Origin: Longimicrobiales bacterium
GTDB taxonomy: Bacteria; Gemmatimonadota; Gemmatimonadetes; Longimicrobiales; Gaopeijiaceae
Assembly (NCBI GenBank): GCA_965248195.1
Contig: CBDFIQ010000002.1
Location: 1,152,001-1,216,000, forward strand
DNA: 64,000 bases
Direction of reading: 5' to 3'
Under the pieces are notes generated by a model. It saw only the letters and a program-made list of their open reading frames with translations, ran no database searches and was not told the origin of the DNA. The translations under genes were made by a program, and so were the position numbers. Positions 8,843 to 18,066 of this stretch are shown piece after piece (within the stretch, counting starts at the first letter, position 1; the number at the start of each line of letters is the position of its first letter).

Positions 8843-8872
8843 TTGACGGTTCTTGAAGTAGGGGCGTATCTT
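8843..8872 (+). promoter_or_regulatory. sigma70-type promoter of the dcw cluster
   Basis: TTGACG (8843-8848) - N18 - TATCTT (8867-8872), upstream of mraZ. Confidence 0.6.
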
Positions 8873-8884
8873 GGTCCCTATCGC

Positions 8885-8920
8885 ACCACTCTACACCACT
8901 TTAACCCACAGTGCGCCACT
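8885..8920. promoter_or_regulatory. MraZ-binding repeat array (4 x CCAC, 10-bp period)
   Basis: CCAC at 8886, 8896, 8906 and 8916, i.e. GTGG on the minus strand. This matches the known 10-nt-period GTGG MraZ boxes. Confidence 0.7.
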
Positions 8921-8922
8921 AC

Positions 8923-9354
8923 GTGACGAACTTTCTGGGCAGGTATGAATTCCAGATGGACGAGAAGGGGCGGGTCAGTCTGCCCTCGGCGTTTCGTCGA
9001 GAGGCCGACGGTGACCGCTTCGTATTACTCCAGTGGAGACCGCCTGCCCTCACACTCTTTCCGGTGGAATCCTGGGTTGCAGCCCAGGAGCGTCTCTTGG
9101 CGTTCCGGAGAAATCAGCCCGAGGCGTGGGGGGACGTGCTGGCCATTACCTCCAGCGCGGTCGAGGTCTCACCTGATAAGCAGGGCCGGATTCTCGTCCC
9201 CGCCTGGCTACAGGAGGCGGCTGGACTCGATGGGAGGGTCCTACTCCTGGGAAACATCGATCGGGTGGAGTTATGGGATCCCGATGAGTTCGAGAGAGTG
9301 GCGCGTACCGGTTCCGGCGAGTTCAAGAAATTCTCCAACCAAATCTTCGGGTGA
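8923..9354 (+). CDS. mraZ: division/cell wall cluster transcriptional repressor MraZ
   Basis: FLGRYEFQMDEKGRVSLP and DKQGRILVP SpoVT/AbrB motifs. First gene of the dcw cluster. GTG start inferred at 8923 (track 8911). Confidence 0.93.
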   Translation: MTNFLGRYEFQMDEKGRVSLPSAFRREADGDRFVLLQWRPPALTLFPVESWVAAQERLLAFRRNQPEAWGDVLAITSSAVEVSPDKQGRILVPAWLQEAAGLDGRVLLLGNIDRVELWDPDEFERVARTGSGEFKKFSNQIFG

Positions 9355-9357
9355 TCC

Positions 9358-10335
9358 GTGTCCTTACGTCTTCCAGCGGCTGAGACTCCTGTGAGCGAGT
9401 GGACGGAGCCGCCGGTCGTTTTTCACGACCCCGTTCTGGCGCGAGAGGTGGTGGAGTTCATCGCTCCGTCCGGTGACGGCATCTATCTGGATGGTACGGT
9501 GGGAGGAGGAGGGCATACCGCCATCCTATTGGAGGAGTGTTCGCGCTGCAGAATCATCGCGGTGGACCGTGACCCGGATGCCTTGAAGGCCGCGAAGGCC
9601 ATCCTGGCTCCGTTGCGGACCCGAGTCCGATTCATCCAGGCTCGATTCGACGAAGCGCTGCACTCCCTCGATCTGCCGGAGCCCCTGGCGGGAGTCCTCC
9701 TGGATCTGGGCGTGAGCTCTCATCAACTCGACTCGGACAGGCGGGGCTTCGCTTTCAGGGCCGGTGTGGAGTTGGACATGCGCATGGATGTCACGCAAGC
9801 GGACACACCCAGCGCGGCCCAAATCCTGAACTCCGAGCCGGAGAAGGATTTGGCTCGGATCTTCCATGAATACGGGGAGGAACCCCGGTCCCGGCGGCTT
9901 GCACGGGCCGTCGTCGAGCGTAGGGCCGCGACGCCCTTCCGGACGAGTGACGACTTGGTCGCTGTCCTCTACAGGACGCTGGGCAGGGCCCCGAGGGCCA
10001 AGGAAAAAGCGCGGATTTTCCAGGCCATGAGAATCGCGGTAAACGAAGAACTCACGTGCCTGGAACGTGGCCTCGCGGAATTTCGCGAGGCGATGGCGCC
10101 GAATGCTCGAATTGTGGTGATCTCGTATCACTCGCTCGAGGATCGGCTGGTCAAGAACGCCTTCCGCGATTGGAGCCGCTCCTGTGTCTGCCCGCCCGGG
10201 ATGCCGGTGTGCACCTGCCGGGGTGAGCCACTGGGGAGCGTGCTGACCCGAAAGGCCGTACGGCCCGGGGAACTCGAGGTGCGCCGAAACCCCCGCGCCC
10301 GTAGCGCCCGGCTTCGGGCTTGGAGTAAGGCATGA
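9358..10335 (+). CDS. rsmH: 16S rRNA m4C1402 methyltransferase
   Basis: HDPVL, DGTVGGGGH, DLGVSSHQ, FQAMRIAVN, SYHSLEDR, NPRARSA. Start could be 9391. Confidence 0.95.
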   Translation: MSLRLPAAETPVSEWTEPPVVFHDPVLAREVVEFIAPSGDGIYLDGTVGGGGHTAILLEECSRCRIIAVDRDPDALKAAKAILAPLRTRVRFIQARFDEALHSLDLPEPLAGVLLDLGVSSHQLDSDRRGFAFRAGVELDMRMDVTQADTPSAAQILNSEPEKDLARIFHEYGEEPRSRRLARAVVERRAATPFRTSDDLVAVLYRTLGRAPRAKEKARIFQAMRIAVNEELTCLERGLAEFREAMAPNARIVVISYHSLEDRLVKNAFRDWSRSCVCPPGMPVCTCRGEPLGSVLTRKAVRPGELEVRRNPRARSARLRAWSKA

Positions 10336-10649
10336 GGCGCGCCCGGTCTCGCCGCTCTCGTTCGGGCCGCTCCTGGGCCACGCCGAGCCTGCTTGCGCTG
10401 GGCTTTGCCGGTCTTCTCTCCGCTTTGAGCCTCGTGACTTGGCGTCAGAGCCGCGCCTTCGAGGCGCTGGCGGACCTCGACGGAGTCCAACGGTCGCTTT
10501 CGCTCGCTGAATCAGAACGGGCGGAGCTCCTTCGACGGATTCAAGGCTTGGACAGCCGGACTCGGATCTCGTCGGTGGCCCAGGAACACCTCGGCATGCA
10601 CCGTCCGGAGGCCTCCGAGATGGTTCTGCTTTCGGGAGGTGGGCGATGA
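10332..10649 (+). CDS. ftsL: cell division protein FtsL-like
   Basis: Lies between rsmH and the PBP. One TM plus coiled coil, ending RISSVAQEHLGMHRP. Confidence 0.75.
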   Translation: MRRARSRRSRSGRSWATPSLLALGFAGLLSALSLVTWRQSRAFEALADLDGVQRSLSLAESERAELLRRIQGLDSRTRISSVAQEHLGMHRPEASEMVLLSGGGR

Positions 10650-12679
10650 GACGCCGAAAGCGTGTGATGGAGACCAGGGTGAAGGTGCGTCGCAGGGTGC
10701 TTCTCGCGTTCTGGTTGATGAGTGGAGGCCTGATCGTCGCCAGAGCCAGCCAGATCCAGGTGGCCCAGGGCCCCCTATGGAGGGGGCAGGCGGAACGCCA
10801 GCACCGCACCAGTGTGCAGATCGCCGCGGTTCGGGGATCGGTGCTCGACCGCTCGGAGGTCGAGTTGGCCACCAGCCGCGAGACCTTCAGGGTGAGCGTC
10901 GCGCCGAGAGAGATCCGAGACGTTGAGGCGGTGACACGCCTCTTGGTCGAAACACTGGGGCTGGATGAACGGGTCGTACGTGGGGCTACGACGTCGTCGA
11001 GACCCTGGCGGGTCCTCCCGAGCACCTTTCCGCCCTCCGTGCGCGAAGCGCTCGACAGCCTTCGTGGTGTGTACCTCGAGCGTGAGCACCGCCGGTTCTA
11101 TCCCCAGGGTGACCTGGCCAGGGGTCTGCTCGGCGCCGTGCGCGACGGTAAGGTGTCCGGGGGTGTCGAGCAGGCGTACGACGAGGTCCTCCGGGGAACC
11201 GTGGGCCAGGCTGTCCTCGCGAGAGACCCGACCGGTAAGCCGATCCCGGGCGAGAGCGTGGTCGTGCAGGGACCACGGGAGGGTGGCCAGGTCGTCCTGA
11301 CCCTGGATGTGGACTTGCAGGAGATTGGGCAGCAGGCGCTGACGGAGGCCATTCGGGAGACCGAGGCGCGAGGTGGAGACCTCCTCATCACGGATCCGCG
11401 CACCGGAGATGTTCTCGCGATGGTGTCCATTCGCGATGGGGCCACGAGCGGCTTATCGGCGATCAACACTCCCTATGAGCCTGGCTCCACACTCAAGCCG
11501 CTCACGGTGGCCGGACTCCTACAGAACGGGCTGGCGTCACTCGACGACGTGGTCGATACGGAGTCCGGCTCGTGGACCGTGGCGGGCCGGACGATCCGGG
11601 ACGTGAGCAGCGAGCACGGTCGCATGACGTTGGCGCGGGCGCTTCAGATTTCCTCGAGCGTGGGTGTGGCGAAAGCGGCGCAGGCTATGAGTCCTGCGGT
11701 CCAGTACCAGAACCTCCGCGATTTCGGGCTCGGGGCGCCCACCGGGATCGGCCTTCCCGGCGAGGTGAGAGGCACGCTGCGGCGCCCAGAGCGTTGGAGC
11801 GGCCAGTCCTCAGCGTCTCTTGCGATCGGATATGAAGTTTCTGTTACGCCCCTTCAGATGGCCATGGCCTATGGGGCCCTGGCGAATGGCGGCCGGCTCA
11901 TGGAGCCCCGGCTCGTAAGGGAGCTCCGGGACTCGAACGGCAAGGTGACCGCCCGCTTCCCGTCCCGCGTGGTGCGGAGGGCGGTCTCGCCACGTGTGGC
12001 GGGCGCGGTCTCCGATGTGCTCGTCGACGCGGTTGAGGGCGGAACGGGGACGCGTGCCCGCCTCGGCACCTTCAAGGTGGCGGGCAAGAGCGGCACGACG
12101 CGAGCCTGGTTGGACGGGGCCTATCACACCGGGGATTACTACGCTTCGTTCGTGGGATTTTTCCCGGCCGAGGACCCGCAGCTCGTGGTCATGGTCAAGT
12201 TGGACCGTCCGCAGGGGGCGTACTACGGCGGGTCCGCTGCGGCTCCTGTAACTCGGGCAACGATGGAAGCCGTGTTGGCCGCTCAGAAGACACCCATCGA
12301 TCGTCGGGCTCTCGTGCAAGTTGCACGGGCTGAAAGGCTCGACGTTCCCTCACGGGAGGGCCGTGGCGGTGAGACACCCCTCGTGACGCGGTTCGCGGAG
12401 CTCCGGCTGACTGGGTATCCAGGGTCGGCTGCGACTCGGGAGTCGAGCGTGTCGCGCTGGCGTGAATCCATGCAGCTCGAGGATCGGGCCATCGTTCGCG
12501 TTCCCGATGTCCTGGGACTCCCCGCTCGGGCGGCGGCCCGGCGCATTCACCAGGCGGGGCTTCGGGTTGAATGGGATGGATCGGGCGTGGCGAGGTACAT
12601 GGTGCCCCCGGCCGGCTCGCTCTTGACGCCGGGTGACACAGTGCGGTTGGCGTCGGTGGGAAGGAGCGGCGATGACTAG
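10646..12679 (+). CDS. ftsI: class B penicillin-binding protein (FtsI) with C-terminal PASTA domain
   Basis: RGSVLDR, R.YPQG, EPGSTLK (SxxK), KSGT, PASTA-like VRVPDVLGL. The second motif reads SSS. Confidence 0.9.
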   Translation: MRRRKRVMETRVKVRRRVLLAFWLMSGGLIVARASQIQVAQGPLWRGQAERQHRTSVQIAAVRGSVLDRSEVELATSRETFRVSVAPREIRDVEAVTRLLVETLGLDERVVRGATTSSRPWRVLPSTFPPSVREALDSLRGVYLEREHRRFYPQGDLARGLLGAVRDGKVSGGVEQAYDEVLRGTVGQAVLARDPTGKPIPGESVVVQGPREGGQVVLTLDVDLQEIGQQALTEAIRETEARGGDLLITDPRTGDVLAMVSIRDGATSGLSAINTPYEPGSTLKPLTVAGLLQNGLASLDDVVDTESGSWTVAGRTIRDVSSEHGRMTLARALQISSSVGVAKAAQAMSPAVQYQNLRDFGLGAPTGIGLPGEVRGTLRRPERWSGQSSASLAIGYEVSVTPLQMAMAYGALANGGRLMEPRLVRELRDSNGKVTARFPSRVVRRAVSPRVAGAVSDVLVDAVEGGTGTRARLGTFKVAGKSGTTRAWLDGAYHTGDYYASFVGFFPAEDPQLVVMVKLDRPQGAYYGGSAAAPVTRATMEAVLAAQKTPIDRRALVQVARAERLDVPSREGRGGETPLVTRFAELRLTGYPGSAATRESSVSRWRESMQLEDRAIVRVPDVLGLPARAAARRIHQAGLRVEWDGSGVARYMVPPAGSLLTPGDTVRLASVGRSGDD

Positions 12680-14156
12680 GCCATCGGCTGCTCTTCAGGT
12701 GGTCACTGCCGCCCTCGGGGCGGCTGGCCTGATCGAAACGATCCACGGTTCGAATGACGTGGAAATAACTGGCGTGACGCAGGACTCGCGTACGGTGCAG
12801 CCCGGCAACCTTTTTCTGGCGTGGAGCGGATCTGCCTGGGACGCCCATGGCTTCGTGGCTCAAGCGGCCGAGATGGGTGCGGCTGCGGCCGTGGTGGAGC
12901 GGTACGTTCCCGAGGCCGGGATTCCGCAAGTACAGGTGTCGGACGGCCGCTTGGCCGCCGCCTTGGCCGCGGACGTGGTCCTCGGCTCCCCGTGGGCCGG
13001 CTTGTTCACGGTCGGCGTGACCGGCACGAACGGCAAAACGACCACGGCATCTCTCACCCAGCATCTCCTTGGCTCCCGGGGTGCTTCGGCGGCGGTGGGC
13101 ACGCTTGGGCTCGTCCAACCCGACGGCTCGGTGAGGGAAGGGACCGAAGGGCTCACGACGCCGGGCCCCGTTGCGATCTCCACTTGGTTGGCTGATCTGG
13201 CTGCTGAGGGCATTGGTTCGGTAACCGTGGAGGCGTCCTCTCACGCGCTCGAGCAGAAACGCCTCGACGGGGTGCGTTTCGACGCGGTGGTCTTCACCAA
13301 TTTCTCCCAGGACCACCTCGATTATCACAGCGACATGGCGGCGTATTTCAGGGCCAAGGCCCACCTTCTCGATCTGATGAAGGAGGAAGGGTGCGTGGTC
13401 GTCAACGCCGACGACGCGCACTGGAAGGATCTTCCCGTCCAAGGGCGCCGCACTGTCACCTACGGCATCGATGAACCGGCCGACCTTCGTGCGGAGGAGA
13501 TCGAGCCGGGTTCGTCCGGAACCAGGTTCCGCATGGGAAGCACAGCGGGCGAAGTCGATATCGAACTTCCCCTCATAGGCCGCTTCAATGTTGAAAATTG
13601 TCTGGCGGCGGCGGGTGTGGGCGCGATCGCCGGTATGTCCCTCGAGGCCGTGGCGGACCGTCTCGCCAGCGTACCGCAGATTCCCGGCCGACTCGAGGTG
13701 GTTGCCCGGAAGCCGTTTACGGTCGTGATCGACTTCGCGCACACGCCCGACGCGCTTCGCCACGTCCTCACGACCATGCGCCCGCTCACGGCAGGGCGTT
13801 TGATCGTTGTTTTCGGCGCGGGTGGCGACCGGGAGCGAGGCAAACGGCCCGAAATGGCTCGGGCAGTCGCCCAAGGTGCGGATCTGGTCGTGATCACATC
13901 CGACAATCCCCGGACGGAAGATCCGGAGTCCATCATCGATGACATCGTACCGGGAATGAATGGCTCCGCCTTCGAGCGCTTGGCGGACCGTCGTGAGGCG
14001 ATCGGCTACGCGCTCACGCAGGCCCGCTCGGAGGACCTCGTGCTGCTCGCGGGCAAGGGACACGAACGATATCAGGTCATCGGCACCGAGCCCCATGCGT
14101 TCGACGAGAGGCTGATCGTCGAGGAGCACCTCGGCCGGATGGGAGGCGTGGCGTGA
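12672..14156 (+). CDS. murE: UDP-MurNAc-tripeptide synthetase (meso-DAP type)
   Basis: GVTGTNGKTT, EASSH, DFAHTPDAL, SDNPR (DAP-specific motif), AGKGHE. ATG at 12672 after AAGGAG. Confidence 0.95.
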   Translation: MTRPSAALQVVTAALGAAGLIETIHGSNDVEITGVTQDSRTVQPGNLFLAWSGSAWDAHGFVAQAAEMGAAAAVVERYVPEAGIPQVQVSDGRLAAALAADVVLGSPWAGLFTVGVTGTNGKTTTASLTQHLLGSRGASAAVGTLGLVQPDGSVREGTEGLTTPGPVAISTWLADLAAEGIGSVTVEASSHALEQKRLDGVRFDAVVFTNFSQDHLDYHSDMAAYFRAKAHLLDLMKEEGCVVVNADDAHWKDLPVQGRRTVTYGIDEPADLRAEEIEPGSSGTRFRMGSTAGEVDIELPLIGRFNVENCLAAAGVGAIAGMSLEAVADRLASVPQIPGRLEVVARKPFTVVIDFAHTPDALRHVLTTMRPLTAGRLIVVFGAGGDRERGKRPEMARAVAQGADLVVITSDNPRTEDPESIIDDIVPGMNGSAFERLADRREAIGYALTQARSEDLVLLAGKGHERYQVIGTEPHAFDERLIVEEHLGRMGGVA

Positions 14157-15565
14157 CCCCTCCCTTCGTATGGACGGACGATCACGTGAGAACCGCATTG
14201 CGTGTCGCACCTCAGGAGGACTGCAGCCTCATCTTCACCGGCATCTCCACGGACAGTCGCACGACTCGAGAGGGGAACCTGTTCGTTGCTCTGTGCGGAG
14301 ACAACTTCGACGGGCACGACTATGTGTCCGATGCCCTCGGCCGCGGAGCACGGGGGGCTGTCGTGGCACGACCCGTCGAGGCGGATGGCGCCTGCGTCTA
14401 TCCCGTGGAAGACACCCTGCTGGCGCTCGGACAACTCGCCTTATATCGCCGGAGCCGCCTCGACGCTGTCGTGGTGGGCATCACCGGGTCCTCAGGAAAG
14501 ACCGCAACCAAGGACATGACCCGGGCAGCGATCGAGGGATCGCGCCGGGTCCACGCGACACCCGAAAACCTGAACAATCGTATCGGCCTGCCTTTGACGC
14601 TGCTCGACGCTCCCGACGATGCGGAGGTGGTCGTGCTCGAAATGGGTACGAACGAGCCGGGGGAGATCGCTGCTCTCACGCGAATCGCTGAACCCAAGAT
14701 CGGTATCGTGACGACCGTCTCCGAGACCCACATCGAGAAGCTGGAGTCCCTCGAGGGCGTGCTCGACGAGAAGCTGGACCTCCTGCGGGGACTCCCGGAC
14801 GACGGCAAGGCGGTTGTGGGCGATGAGCCGGCCATCCTCTCTGAAGAGGCCGGCCGCATCCGCCGTGACCTCTTGGTCGTGGGCCTCGGTACGGGCGCGG
14901 ATGCGGAGTATCGCCCGGGCGAGTCCTCGATGGACGAGCAGGGGTGCTGGAGTTTCGTCTGGCGAGGGGAGCCCGTGCACCTGCGGGCTCCGGGACGCCA
15001 TTCGGTCCAGAACGCACTCATCGCCCTGACCGTAGCCGAACTGGTGGACGTCCCTGCCCCCGAGGCCACTAGCGGGGTCGGCCGGGTCGAAGCCGGTTCC
15101 ATGCGCGGAGAGATGAGGCGGATCGGAGGGCTCACGCTGATCCTCGACTGCTACAACGCGAATCCGCAGAGTTTGCGGGCTGCGCTTGATCTGCTCGGCG
15201 ACATCGAGCCCAGCCGGCCCAAGGTGGCGGTCCTCGGCAGCATGCTCGAGCTGGGGGCCCGTAGTGCGGAACTACACACGGTCCTTTTGGACGAAGCATC
15301 CACGATCGGGTTGGACCTTGTCGTCGCCACGGGCGAGTTCGCCCGGGCCGCCGCGGACGCCCCGTCGGCAGAGTCGCGAGGGGCCGCGTCGACGATCCTT
15401 TCCGTGATCGACCCGCTTGAAGCCTACAAGGAGCTCCGCGGAAAACTCGCTGGCGACGAGGTCTTGCTGATGAAAGCGTCGCGCGGCGTGGCATTGGAGC
15501 GGCTGATTCCCCTGTTCGAGAGCGACTTCGGCGAATCTGCGGCGGGCGGGGGGGTCGAGGCCTGA
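14153..15565 (+). CDS. murF: UDP-MurNAc-pentapeptide synthetase
   Basis: TDSR, GITGSSGKT, NNRIGLP, EMGTN, DCYNANP, MLELG, KASRG. Confidence 0.95.
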   Translation: MTPPFVWTDDHVRTALRVAPQEDCSLIFTGISTDSRTTREGNLFVALCGDNFDGHDYVSDALGRGARGAVVARPVEADGACVYPVEDTLLALGQLALYRRSRLDAVVVGITGSSGKTATKDMTRAAIEGSRRVHATPENLNNRIGLPLTLLDAPDDAEVVVLEMGTNEPGEIAALTRIAEPKIGIVTTVSETHIEKLESLEGVLDEKLDLLRGLPDDGKAVVGDEPAILSEEAGRIRRDLLVVGLGTGADAEYRPGESSMDEQGCWSFVWRGEPVHLRAPGRHSVQNALIALTVAELVDVPAPEATSGVGRVEAGSMRGEMRRIGGLTLILDCYNANPQSLRAALDLLGDIEPSRPKVAVLGSMLELGARSAELHTVLLDEASTIGLDLVVATGEFARAAADAPSAESRGAASTILSVIDPLEAYKELRGKLAGDEVLLMKASRGVALERLIPLFESDFGESAAGGGVEA

Positions 15566-16671
15566 TGCTCTATCACCTGCTTCCGCCTCTCGCCGACGTC
15601 CATATCTTTTTCAACCTCTTCCGCTTCATCACCTTCCGGGCCGCTGGCGCGCTCGTCACGTCGCTCGTGCTCGCCTTCGTACTGGGGCCGATGACCATCC
15701 GAGGCCTCAGGCGATTCGGCATCGGCCAAGTGGTTCGTGAGGAGGGGCCGGCGACCCATCTTCCCAAGGCCGGGACGCCGACCATGGGCGGGGCCCTGAT
15801 CGTCATGTCGGCAAGCATTTCAACGCTGTTGTGGGCCGAATTGACCAACTGGTATACGGTGCTGGCGCTGCTGAGCCTCGTGGCGATGGGCGCCCTCGGA
15901 TTCATGGACGACTACCTCAAGGTCGTTCAGAGACGGACGGCGGGCCTGATCGCCCGCTACAAGATGTTGGGCCAGTGGACGTTCGGACTCGGCATGGGGC
16001 TGTTCTTGCTCCTCAATCCGATCTCGCCTGTGCCCCCGAACCACACCATGGTGCCGTTCTTCTCCGACGTCGCATTGGTCTTCCAGCCGTGGCTTTACGT
16101 GCTGTTCGTCGGGTTCGTCATCTCGGGCGCCGCGAACGCGGTGAACCTCACAGATGGACTCGACGGCCTGGCCGCCGGCCTTGTCGCGATCGCCGCGTCC
16201 ACGTTCGCAGTCTTCGCGTATCTGCTGGGCCGCGTGGACAGCTCCGCGTACCTGGGGCTGTTCTACCTGCCCGGCGCGGGGGAGTTGTCCGTGCTTGCGC
16301 TCGGCCTGGCGGGTGGCTGCCTCGGTTTCCTCTGGTTCAACACGCATCCCGCAGAGGTCTTCATGGGCGACACGGGTTCGCTCGCTCTGGGAGGCGCCAT
16401 CGGGGTCATGGCCATTCTGCTCAAGGCGGAGTTTCTCCTGGCGATCGTGGGCGGTGTCTTCGTCCTGGAGGTGCTCTCGGTGGTCCTCCAGGTCGGATAC
16501 TTCCGCTACACGGCCGCGAAGCACGGCTCCGGTCGAAGACTCTTCAGAATGGCCCCGATCCACCACCACTTCGAGCAGTTGGGATGGCCGGAGAGCAAGG
16601 TCGTCGTCCGTTTTTGGATCATGGGAATCCTGTGCGCGATGTTCGCGTTCAGCGCGCTCAAGATCCGGTGA
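15565..16671 (+). CDS. mraY: phospho-MurNAc-pentapeptide transferase
   Basis: KAGTPTMGG, NAVNLTDGLDGL, FMGDTGS, MAPIHHHFE. Confidence 0.97.
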   Translation: MLYHLLPPLADVHIFFNLFRFITFRAAGALVTSLVLAFVLGPMTIRGLRRFGIGQVVREEGPATHLPKAGTPTMGGALIVMSASISTLLWAELTNWYTVLALLSLVAMGALGFMDDYLKVVQRRTAGLIARYKMLGQWTFGLGMGLFLLLNPISPVPPNHTMVPFFSDVALVFQPWLYVLFVGFVISGAANAVNLTDGLDGLAAGLVAIAASTFAVFAYLLGRVDSSAYLGLFYLPGAGELSVLALGLAGGCLGFLWFNTHPAEVFMGDTGSLALGGAIGVMAILLKAEFLLAIVGGVFVLEVLSVVLQVGYFRYTAAKHGSGRRLFRMAPIHHHFEQLGWPESKVVVRFWIMGILCAMFAFSALKIR

Positions 16672-16683
16672 GGAACGAGCGCT

Positions 16684-18066
16684 TTGAACACGCTGGAAGG
16701 CGAAAAGGTTGCCGTCGTCGGATTAGCCGCATCCGGATGGGCTGCGGCTTGGTTGGCACTTGAAAAGGGAGGTGAGGTCCATGTCTCGGATCTGCGCACT
16801 GACACCGCAACTCATGCTCGTGGAGCCGAGCTCCGCGGACGTGGAGCCGAGGTCGAGCTGGGAAAGCACCCGGTCGATCGCATCGCAGGCGCCGGCACGG
16901 TCGTTGTCAGCCCCGGCATTCGCCCGGACGCTCCGGTGCTCAACGAGCTCGGCGAACGGGGCGTACGTTGGATCTCAGAACCTGAGTTCGCCTTTCGGTT
17001 CTTCGATGGTCCACTGATCGCTGTGACAGGAACGAACGGCAAGACCACCACGGCGGCCTTGGTGGCACACCTGCTCGAAGAGGATGGGCTGGATGTGGCT
17101 CTGGGCGGGAACATCGGCGCCGCCTTCGGCCCTCCCGCCTCCGAGCTCGCCCTCCGGGAGCAAAGCCCGGCGTGGTACGTCCTGGAGATGAGCTCGTTCC
17201 AGTTGGGTGCGATAGATCGGTTCAAACCCGATATCGGGGTGATGACCAATCTGGCTCCGGATCATCTCGACTGGTATCCGTCCGTGGAATCCTACTACGC
17301 CGATAAGGCCAACCTCTTCCGCAATGCCGACGACGACAGCCGGTGGGTCTTGAACAGAGACGACCCGGCCGTCGCTGCTCTGGCGGAGGGCGTTCCCGGC
17401 CGTCGCTTCTTTTTCAGCCGGACGAGCGGCGGCCGTCCGGGCGCCTACCTCGACCGTAACATGCTGACACTGGACGTATCCGGGGAAGTGGAGGCCTTGG
17501 GTCACGTCGAGGACATCGCTCTTCTGGGGGCGCACAATGTGGAAAACGCTCTCGCCGCAGCGACCACGGCTCGGCTGGGTGGCGGCTCCCCGGGATCCAT
17601 TCGACGGGGTTTGGCCACGGCCAAGGCCCTTCCTCATCGCACCGAGAAGGTGGTCGAAGCGAAGGGTGTCCGGTGGGTGAACGATTCGAAGGCAACGAAC
17701 GTGGCCGCAGCTCGGTCCGCCATTGGCAGCCTCAAGGGGGCGCTGCTCGTCCTGCTCGGTGGCAAGGACAAGGGCGAGGACTTCTCGAGGCTGGTAGCCG
17801 CGCTCTCGGAGGCTGACGCCCGCGTGCTGACCTTCGGCCAGGCAGGGCCGCGCATTTTCCAAGCTCTGGACGGTCATGTGCCGGTGGAGTTGCTACCGGG
17901 GGGCTTCGACGAGGTCATGGAGGCTGCAGCCCAACGTGCGGCCCCGGGGACCACGGTCCTGTTATCACCGGCATGCTCCAGCTTTGACATGTTCGAGAGC
18001 TACGAGGAGCGCGGTGCCCGCTTTGCGGCGTTGGCCAAGGCCATATCAGAGGCTGCCGAGCGCTGA
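16684..18066 (+). CDS. murD: UDP-MurNAc-L-Ala:D-Glu ligase
   Basis: SPGI, GTNGKTTT, EMSSFQL, NDSKATN, GGKDKG, LSPACSSFD. Confidence 0.95.
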   Translation: MNTLEGEKVAVVGLAASGWAAAWLALEKGGEVHVSDLRTDTATHARGAELRGRGAEVELGKHPVDRIAGAGTVVVSPGIRPDAPVLNELGERGVRWISEPEFAFRFFDGPLIAVTGTNGKTTTAALVAHLLEEDGLDVALGGNIGAAFGPPASELALREQSPAWYVLEMSSFQLGAIDRFKPDIGVMTNLAPDHLDWYPSVESYYADKANLFRNADDDSRWVLNRDDPAVAALAEGVPGRRFFFSRTSGGRPGAYLDRNMLTLDVSGEVEALGHVEDIALLGAHNVENALAAATTARLGGGSPGSIRRGLATAKALPHRTEKVVEAKGVRWVNDSKATNVAAARSAIGSLKGALLVLLGGKDKGEDFSRLVAALSEADARVLTFGQAGPRIFQALDGHVPVELLPGGFDEVMEAAAQRAAPGTTVLLSPACSSFDMFESYEERGARFAALAKAISEAAER

